Assembly: GCA_047495785.1 (NCBI GenBank) | Contig: JBLDXI010000048.1 | Span: 186,001 to 250,000 of the forward strand | Origin: Lepidodermella squamata | Lineage: Eukaryota; Animalia; Gastrotricha | Direction: 5' to 3' | Length of the DNA: 64,000 nt | Part shown: piece after piece, positions 38,509 to 48,264 of the stretch | Layout: each line of letters begins with the position of its first letter | Position numbering within the stretch: the stretch's first letter is position 1 | Made by a program: the position numbers and the translations under genes | The notes under the pieces: generated by a model | The model's input: only the letters and a program-made list of their open reading frames with translations | Told to the model about the DNA's origin: nothing | The model's database searches: none

Positions 38509-41153
38509 CTAAATGATACTTGCCGAGCAAGCCTGGCGCAAAGGCTGGGCGAAAATCGCTGATCCAACCGTTAGCGAATAAATAAGACAGAAAATCGCAA
38601 CTGCGACAACCTGCGCATTGACATGAACACTGTTTGCTAGTAAGAATACAATAGCGATCCCACTGAGGAGTAGCGAAATAGCAATGATCACTGCTATTAT
38701 CACAGGCTTCAAATCTCTGACATTAACGACGTTATAACGTTTGATCAAATCTCCAATTGAAAGGGCTGCGAAGAGTCCAACGATCAAAATAGAAACATCG
38801 ATCAACACTAACACAGCTGTGAATTGAAGCTGGTTGGCTGAGTAGCAGAAAATGCGTCTTGTCCCTAGATGGGCATCCAAATTAGAGTCGTAGATCTGGA
38901 TCACTCCTTGCGGATCTTCTGTAACCTCCTTCAAAGGTTCTGAAGCGAACCAAACAATGACGACGATAAAATGAGCGATTAAGGAAGATGCTGTTGCGAT
39001 GCAAACAGCTTTGTCGCTGACTTCTGCCACGATGGTAGAGTCTATTAGCTTCGAGCTAGTTTGCCTACGCGGCTGCTTGAATTTTAGAGTCTGACGAGCT
39101 GTTTCGCCAGTTGAGAGCCGAGATTCGCCGACTGCTGATATGGATGGGCCGTGCGATAGTCGCTTGAGGATTATAGAACGACGGGCACTCAACGTAAAGC
39201 TAGCGAGACTACCGTGTGTGAAAGCAAGGCCCAATGTGAGGAAAACTATGCGGAAGTAGCAGATCGCTGAGCTGCCTTGTGATACAAACAAAGCAGCGGC
39301 TGCATCGATGGAAATTAACCCCACGGTTAGTAGAATTCGAACAATCCATTTCTTGGCAGCTTTTACCAGACAGTATACCTGCAACGATTCAAAATTTAGT
39401 CAATCATCAACTTATTTAGTCAATCATCAATGGGTTCGCCCTGCAAAGTGGAATCTTATTGGGGATCAAGAACTTGAGAAAACCTCAGACTTGAGAACAT
39501 TTTAGACAGGTTAGACCGAACCCATTTACAAACTACTTTGCAGAATCGCACATAACTATGTCTCGATTGTGAGTTCTTAGTCGATCAGAATTACTAGTTA
39601 AGTCATAAACTATAACTCACCTTAGCAGAGGCTAAAATACTCGAGAATGCTGCAATGATGCCAGTTGCCAACCTGGAAATAGCGCCGAGATCGATTAGAA
39701 TCAGAGCCGAATCGTTTGGCAGAGCTTGTGGCAAGGGGGTGAATTCCTCTGTCACGTAAGAGGATATATTTGTTATTAAATCACTGACACAGGACACAGG
39801 TGATTTGATGGGTAACGGATAGTTTCGAGGTTTGAGGCGACCAGTAAGTCACTGACTGCGGCTCATAGTCATATTCGACTCGAGATGAGTACTTGAATAT
39901 TCCGTAGCGTAGATTGCTGAAATCTAAGCATCGAGCGCTGTCATTAGCTACCAGCATAACCTCGTGAGGATTAGTTTTGTAGTCACGAAGAGACATGTTG
40001 CGGTAAGAGAGTACTCGCTCCGTTTCATTGAGAATCATGATGGCGGTTAAGATGCGGTCGTAGCAGAGGTGGCGGAAGTCCGAGTCCGGAGTGACCACGC
40101 CGCCTGTGTAGTGACTGAAAAGGGCTTCAAACTCAGGCAGGGTGTGACCAAGAGCCGTTCTTCCACTTATCGGTCTAAGAGCATCCAAAGGTGACCCAAT
40201 GAAGTAGGTCATCTTGAACTGCTCCAGTACAACAGTCCGGTTACACCCAACAGAAATTTTGAAAGGTAGTGTTGTCACATCGATGAAGCTCAACAGCTGG
40301 AAAATGAACAGGTACCTTGGTCCTGTCATTCCAAGCTTGTAGGCTTGACACAGAAATTTCAAACCCGCAGCTGCTTCAGCAGTTTCCATTGTAAACACGC
40401 GAATATCTCTTGCTTTCAACGGCGCCATGAATTCATCGCTGAAATCCAAGCTTCCTTCGAATGCCTGCACCTCGAACCCATTTGCTTGGGCGATTTCGTA
40501 GAAAAGCTTAGCTGTATCGTAGTTGAACGAGTTGCCATTGTTGAAAATGATCCCGAGCTTCCTGATCTTGGTCTGAGTCTTTAGGAAGTACAGTCTTGCA
40601 AATATCGGAAGCTCAGCTGGCGATCGAATTCGATACATGTTCGGATAGAGACCACGGCGAGCCGTTTGGACTGGCGAAGTGCATGAACCAGCGATCATGA
40701 GCATGTTTATGTAACCAGCTGTCCCACCCCATGCTTTGCAGGCCGGGGAGAGGAAAGGTCCCATTGTCACCGGAGACGCATAGAAATCAGTCAGTGCTTC
40801 GTTTCGGCGAGCGAACTCGATTGCTTGGCGAACGGCTTGGGCTCCACCGGGTCCTTTTGAAACAAGAAACGATGAATAGAAGAATCGAAACAATTATTAT
40901 ACTCACCTTCGTTGACAAAGTCTAGTTCGATATGGTAATCGGGCAGTATGTCGCTCCTCTTGTTCACAATATCAGCAACCATTTGCTGAGCAGCTTGGCA
41001 CATTTTGTTGTCTCGCGGCTCGTAGCCAGTCATCATCAGTATCGACAGCATGGTCAAACGGTTTTTCTTCGTTCTGCCATCCTGGAGTTCATCTGCTGAC
41101 AGAGCAGATGAAGAGTTCAGCAATATCAAAAAGAGTAAGTTTAAAAACTTCAT
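38509..41153 (-). pseudogene. GABA-B-like class C GPCR, copy 4, frameshifted at the end of the Venus flytrap
   Basis: Exons 41153-40907, 40853-39621, 39378-38509. A 7-bp tandem duplication (39786-39799) turns HQITCVSDL into HQITCVLCQ*. The remaining stalk and 7TM frames are intact. Confidence 0.8.
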
Positions 41154-42137
41154 AATCTTGAGCGGATAGCTAAAAATGTTTTTGGTAACCTTGAAATTTG
41201 TCGCTGCCTTCTTATAGCCTTCCGATTTTTTGATTAGCCAGATCGATTCAGGCCGCAACAAATTTATCATGTGAACGAACTTGAAGCAACCGACGTTAAT
41301 ATTAGGTATCTTTCAAATCATCGTAAACACGATTTACTCATATTCGCTTACTCGGGCACAGCCCGGATAATGGAAATCTTCCACCTTCAATACTGGACAC
41401 CTTTCAGCACTAACTTGTAAAATTAGCATTTATTAAAGTAAAACGGTGCCTTGATTCCTATTCGCTGTATTTGATCATCGCACCAATTGCCGCATTGCTA
41501 TTATGATTAAGCGCTCCATTTCTAAAAGGCCGTATATCAAAGCGATGATTTGTCTTTTAGCATGTCAAGTCTATAGTTTTGAGTTTTTCCGCTAATTAAC
41601 TCGCCAATATTTCCGTCATGTTCTAGGAAGTCCAAGTTAATAATAACGGTGAAGCTTCATATACACAATGTCGCCTAAACCACACCTCTCTTTCATCGAA
41701 GCTTTTTCCCACACTCAGCACGTTCGAATTTTCGATGACTGCCCGCGCATTTGTGTCTAAGTAGTCCTTAATTCTCCTGCTCAGCCCGACAATCTGTTAG
41801 CAAATGGAAGCATTTCTCAAGATCCTGTCAACATGTTTTGCTCATCACAGTTACTTGGGTGACCCTGTTTCCCGGTTCATCGTAGCAGACGTCGGGGGAT
41901 TCTAATTATAAGAGTATTCAGATATGCGGGGATGTCAGCGATCTGCGTACCCAAGTACTCACTTTGCGATAACATCCGACGTGCATTTCAGCAGCAAATG
42001 CAAAGGAGCCGAACACCTCTCAAAACGCACTTTGGATTAACAGGAAATATCAGTTTATTGAAAGAAACAAAGAATTCTTAAGATAAGCAATAGTTTGTCA
42101 GAAATATGCGATTGGTCCGTAGTTCTTATTGTCGAGA

Positions 42138-45100
42138 TCACGAGAATAAGCTTTTTCGATTCGCTTTCTTCGCAACAGCTACAGGTTTGTTCGACGTAGG
42201 CTCTACCACCACAGCTTTCACGCTCGGCATCATAGCGTCAATGCGCATAGGCTTCTTCGACATGAGCCCTGTCGGCGTAGCATCCGGCGCGTTTTCGGGG
42301 GCCTGTGACAACCGGAAAGGTCGGCGAATGACAGTGGGCGGAGCTTCGGGGTGCGGAATGGCTGCGTCCAGCGGCGTTGCGTGGACCGGCGATTTCTCTG
42401 GCGATTTGTCGAAAGAATGCTCGGTTATCGTTGAGTTGGCACCCGTATCACTGCTCGTCAACGTATCGTCGCTGCTAGGCTCTTCGTCAGCAGCTTCATC
42501 AGATCCTGCAAAAGGAGATTCAGAGGAATGCATGTGTCTTATTGGGAAATCGTACGATGGTACCAAATTTCATTTAATTCAATACCTAACCAGTTATTTC
42601 GGTTTTTAAGTGGTTTGGGTTGGGTTAGGGTTAGGTTGGGATTAGGTTAAGATTAAGATTATAGGCGGGGACTTAAAATTGGGGATTTGGAACCGATTGG
42701 AATAATTTGGTACTGAATGAAGTAATTTTGTAAGGAATTCACTATATCCCTGTCCCATTCAATACTTAGACGGCTTTTGACTAAGGATTATATTATGATT
42801 CCGCATCCCTTCCCCTTAGAAATACAAAAATGTACCCGAAAAAACCTAATGGTATAACGGTGTCGGTAAATCTCGATGTTTCCGGAATTTCAACGGTATT
42901 TTCATTGCGGCAATCAAGGGAACCCATGTTCCAATGTAAAATCCTCAAAAGGCCTCACCTGGTGCGTTATCTGGACCCACGGCAGCTCCCTCGTCACGCC
43001 CGACTTCATCCGAATCAGTGAATCGGTACCACGAAACATCCTGATCTTCATAACCCTCCGGAACCATGCAAATCTCATCGATATCTTCCTCGGCAAGATC
43101 TTCCAATCGGGCGATATCTTCAACCTCGTCACGCTCGACTGAATCTTGCCGCGCCTCTTCATCCAACGCAGCCTGCCACTGGGTGACTCCAGCAGGTGAC
43201 GGGTAGATGAACTGGGCGCATTTGCACGACGAGCAGCGAGGCGAATTAGTGAGCCGAACGAGACGGGCGCGATAGCCCGAGGCAGCCGCGCATCGTTTGC
43301 CGCAGAAGAACTCGTTGCGGTCGGCTTGACCCAGACCGCCCTTGCGATTCGTGACGGTCATCGTAGCTGATCGGCCGCAGTTGGAGCACGGGATTTCGGG
43401 GAGTAGCGACTCGGCCAGGATCCCACCGGTGCAATTGTCTCGGGGTGGCCTGATTAAGCGACACATCTGCAATTCGATGCGAGTCACGTCGTTGTCTTCG
43501 CCGAAAACGAGGCGAAGTGTGCGGCGCTCGAATAGCTCGCCCAGGTGAGTGTACAAAGGCTCGCGCATCGAGAAAGCAGGTCCAATGCAAACCTGAACAA
43601 AAAATGTCAAAGTTTAGGACGCTATTGGAAACTGAAAATGGGACCTAGTTCCGGACATTATTACGTTTACCAGCCAAATTTATGACATTGAATTTCAGAT
43701 TTGTATGAATTTCGAAAAATATGACCTCATTCTGGACAAATTTCAGAAATTTCACTCCATTTGTGAAAAAAATCGAAATTTCAGTTGAACTCATTTTGGA
43801 CATACTCGATTTTTGCCAACATCTTCCGCTTATTCTTTTAAGTCACCTCAACTCACTTTTTCGTGTGGCTGGGCGTAGAATACTGCGATGGGTCGATCGC
43901 CAGCTTTGCCTTGGCGACTGTCATTGTCAACGTAGATTGTCGCGACGTGGTCACAAGCGCGACACGGTGCGAACCATTTCGCCGCAACATGCGACGCCAT
44001 TTCGGCAAACGTCGAATTCTCTCGCGCCCAAACGTACAGCGACATGACGCTCTCAGCGCCCGTGGCCTTGAACAAAATGGCGCCTTGGGTGCAGCCGTCG
44101 TTGGGGTCAGGGTCAAGAGCGTGGTCGACGCCGAGATGCCGCGCCACACCGCAGTCACTAAGTAGTAATTTGCAGCAAAGGCAGCGCGTCACGGATCGTG
44201 AACTCAGCCACGCTCCGATGCGCCCGGCTGTTGAGCCACTTGTAGCTTCACTGACTGAAAAAGCCATAAAAAACAATCAAACTTATTGAAGAAATCGAAA
44301 AGTTAAAATATGCCTATTTATTAGGAATATAATTTGAATTTGAAATATTTGTCATCGAAGGAATTTCAAATTACATATTTCCGATTTCATGAAATTTAAC
44401 TGAATTAAAATATACATGAATAGCTTTCTCATTTTCGAATTTGTTTGAATTTCAAAAATTGAAAAATTAAAAATTAAAATTTACTAATTTTTCAAACTTT
44501 AGGAATTTTTGAAATTTTGAAAGTGTTTTCGGACTTCGCCAGTTTTCCAGTTTTAGAATCAATGCTTCAACCATAAATGACTAGCCTAAATCCTGATCGA
44601 TATCTCCAGTCGCATAGCTCAGCAATTCGGTCGGTCTGTAGCCAGGAATCCAGCCATCCATGCCTTTCTTGGTGGCCACCTTGCTCGCTGGCATGACTCG
44701 TTCGACCGCAGGTACCACGTCATCGAAACTTGCGTCCTGTTCATTCTGGTCACCGAGCGGCACTGCGGAATCGTCGCAAATCTCGGGGCGATTCTCAACT
44801 GCCGGGCCGAATCTAGCCGCTAGTTCGATGATGCCTGGCAGTTTTTCGAGGGCACTGATCATATCGCGGCGCGTTGATAGCGGCGATCGTTTCTTGACAC
44901 CGGCGTTCCGCTTGACTGGTTTTGATTGCTCTTGAGATTCGGGAATTACTACTTGTTCGTCGCTGGCGAGGGGCAAGCCGCGATCTCGGCACAAATTTTG
45001 AAGGTCGAAGTCATTGAGTCTGGCTAATTTTAGGCGTTTTATTAGCTGAAGCTGGAAAAATTGAAAATATTGATGAACGAATAATATTCAATATTCAATA

Positions 45101-45423
45101 AATTACAAGTAATTCCTAATTATAAGTCCGAAAATTTATTTGATTTAAGGAAAATTAAATTTGTCGAATTTCGAGATATCAAGAGCCTATAAAATTCAGC
45201 TTTAGCTGCGAAAAAAATCAAAATAAATCTGTAAAATATTGTTCTTGGAGGAAATTCGGAGAAGCTACATAATTGCTTTTTATTTAGTCACCTTGAGTCC
45301 GGAAGTTGACAGCTTTAGGGTTCGAAGTCGAGTTCTCAGCTCATCAACGGTCAACTGTTCCAGGTAAAGGACGCCATCGGCAGCTGTGGTATTCGAACCG
45401 TTACTATTTTTCACAGGCGGCAT
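42138..45423 (-). CDS. 665-aa SAP-domain protein fused to a Cys/His-rich domain resembling prokaryotic pRiA4b-ORF3/MM3350-like Zn-finger proteins
   Basis: Exons 45423-45292, 45051-44586, 44254-43857, 43592-42959, 42505-42138 total 1998 nt in frame (intron 2 has a GC donor). SAP motif LTVDELRTRLRTLKLSTSGLK|LQLIKRL; core CLCC..RHL, W..C..CDH, LAESLLPEIPCSNCGRSAT, LTNSPRCSSC. Confidence 0.75.
42559..42713. repeat. Small TIR-bounded intronic element containing degenerate TTAGGG-like repeats
   Basis: GGTACCAAATT ... AATTTGGTAC inverted ends flank GGGTTGGGTTAGGGTTAGGTTGGGATTAGGTTAAG. Confidence 0.6.
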
Positions 45424-46087
45424 AGATCAGCAGTTCTTCAAGGCTGGTGAGATCTATTTGACTAAGAAAAATGCAGAACCGCTTGGTTTTAGGCTTTGTA
45501 GCTAGTAAAAGCTAGAGTTCGCTTTTGCCAAGAAAATGACGCACGCGATTCATGCGACACGTGGCACAACAACTACATACCAAGTCTCAGCTAGAAATTA
45601 TTTCTAGAAATAAAATATGTTCAAATTATTTTAATATTTGTCGGATATTTTATACGATTTTATTAATACCCGAGTTCGTTGCACGAGATTTGCGCAATTG
45701 GAACGTAGCGCAGCTGAGTGGAGATGACCAAATCGAGCGCGGAGAATCCAGATATTAATGTATTACGATATCAATAAATATCGCATGAGCACAGCTACCA
45801 ACGCTATATTTTTCAAGCGGATGATATATATTTAGCTTATTATTTAATTCGTATAGCGGAATCAGATTTGCCTTTTGCGTGGCCAAAATTGACCGGAAGC
45901 TGAAACAAAATTAGAATAATTTATTCGCCCAAAAATGCCTTTGCAAACATTATTTCGAAATTTTTATAACTAATTGAACAAATAAATTATTATAAAATGT
46001 ATAAAAAGTATCACTGGAAAAACTGCTAGAAAAAATGATGACGCTTATATTAGGCCGATCATCAACTGATTCGGTACACATACGGTA

Positions 46088-46984
46088 CCGTCAGTTGGGG
46101 CTATCCGGACGGCGAAAAAAAATTACCCCCTGATTTTTTTGCATTTTTACACGTTTCAGAAGGTCCTGATTCCAATGGCACCAGGATTCCGAATAGCCCC
46201 ACGGATGGGGCTATTCGGACAGGTGTGGGGCTATTAATGATACAGTGGTCGAGTGGCTTTGGATGTGCTTCTAGAAAGCACAGCAAAGTACAAAACGAGG
46301 GTTCAAGTCCAGGCCACGAAACAATTTTTTTTCCAAACAGAAGTTGGAATTTTTTGCAATTATTCGAATGCATTTTTAGCTTAATTTTAATTTTTCAGTT
46401 TTTTTAATTAGCAGTAGTATTAGCGAATTTTGAATTCATGCCACGAGCACTAGCCATTCGGTTAACCCAATGAAAAGTTTTACAAACCTCTTAAATTTGA
46501 AGTATGCCTCAATTGCTGAGAAACTTATCAACTACAAAGCTCATTAGAATATTCCAATTCTGCCGCATTTCTCTGTTCCGATTGCCCCACAACCTCATTT
46601 TTTCGTGGGGCTAAAAGGACGCAATTAATTAGACAAAAGTATGAGTCGAATCGGGGCGGTTTAAATTTTCATGGGTTCCCCATCACCTGTAGGTTCAGAA
46701 AAAATTAATCGCAGGTCCAGCAAAATTCTCATCTGGTCCAGGTAATTCAACGCAGAACAGTGCTTAAACTGAGTTAAACTTACACCTGAAAGGTAAGCCC
46801 ATATCTTCACAACCACTTACTCTCAGGTCATGAAATTTTTATGGCATGTGGGTCGTCTTTCCCCCTAACTCCATGCAAAATTTCATTGCTAACGGTCGGG
46901 TAGTTTTGGAGCCATGCTCCTTCTCCCGTTTGCATGAACATTCGTCCGAGTAGCCCCAATGACCCAGATTACCCCAACTGACGG
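46088..46984. mobile_element. 897-bp non-autonomous DNA transposon (TA target-site duplication, pogo/Tc1 superfamily type)
   Basis: TA-CCGTCAGTTGGGGCTATCCGG ... CCAGATTACCCCAACTGACGG-TA. Internal GGGGCTA repeats, an internal tRNA-like segment, no transposase. Confidence 0.85.
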
Positions 46985-48264
46985 TACTTGATCGGTCAAT
47001 GTTCAATTTTGCCAAATTTCCAATTTATTCTGTGGTCATCTCTCCCTCAAAAGCGTACGCTTTGGCAATAGAATGTTCGAAGAAATTCCGGAAAACGCCC
47101 GGCGGTCAATTAAAATTGACACCTTAAAAATGATAACGAATGACGGTAAAAATTAAACGGCATATTACGGCTAGCTCAATGGTACCTTTGAAAAATAATG
47201 TACCTAGTATATTGAAAATATTCATATAACTGTCATTAGTAATATTACTTTATTTTTTCAAAAATTTTGGATACAGTTGGAATGTTGGAAAATAAATATA
47301 TAAAGTTGAGCACAATGCCGTTGATGCTGAGTTGAAAGCTAGAAAAATCAAACCTAACGTAAACGCTGTTATTTCGGACGAAAACATAGTTTTCAGATCT
47401 AGAAAAATCAGGAAAAAAATTAAACAAATATGGCAATTTCAGAGAATGAGGGGGGGGGGGGGGCCGTATTCGCATGTCTCTGCGAAATTTCATAATTTTC
47501 CCCATGTTACCTTGATTTTATAAAAATGGTGCAAGGTTTTGATGAATTTGGACACCTCATTAGCATATTCATAATTGTCGGGATGTGTGCAGAAATTTTA
47601 TTGAAATTCCGAAAAAATATGCGCACATGGTGCCAAGAAACTGATGACGTCATCCAAACTCGATTCAAATTTTTTTCCCGCAAATTTTAGCTTAATGCAT
47701 TCATTATGTCCAAAAATGCCCCACGTCGGCTTAATCTTTGAGCTCACCTGTAAAAAAATCCCAGCGCCAAATGTCCCATTTTTTTTTACAAGTCGACGCT
47801 TTGACGCCAAAGTTTTTATTTTTTATAAAAACAGGAAATTTTCAGAATACTTTTTATTTGGTACCGTTGGAAAGCGCGTCTTTTAAGGCACCTCGAGATT
47901 TTAATTGCAATTTTTTCAACCTCACTTATAGAAAACAATTACGCTTAGAAGTCGTTTTGCCCAATAAATTAACCACGCTTACGGTATGAACATGGCTAAT
48001 ATTTTTCGAGGTTATTCCGAGTGAAACATTGACCTGGACATCTGCTACCGCCAAATATCCTTGTTATCGAAATGTTGTTGTTTTTTTTGGCAAAAAAATG
48101 ACACGCGCCAGGAAACCGTAAGTAACTCGCGTGCGTGCAACACCTGGAAGAAAATTTCAAATTTCCCTCGATGCCCCTGTTTCAGAATTCAACTGAAATA
48201 ATCTTCAAGATTTTTTGTTTTTACTATTACTTTCTTTGCGAAATTTTAATATTTAGATTTCTAA

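Noticed and set aside
27547-40925. Repeated plus-strand ORFs (27547, 31684, 36955, 40345, 40731)
   Set aside because: Antisense shadows of the homogenised GPCR exons.
46240-46320. Functional tRNA
   Set aside because: No acceptor stem, irregular arm spacing, and it lies inside a transposon.
47100-48100. AT-rich ORFs and a G13 run
   Set aside because: Phe/Lys/Asn-rich non-coding pattern, probably repeat debris; no termini could be defined.
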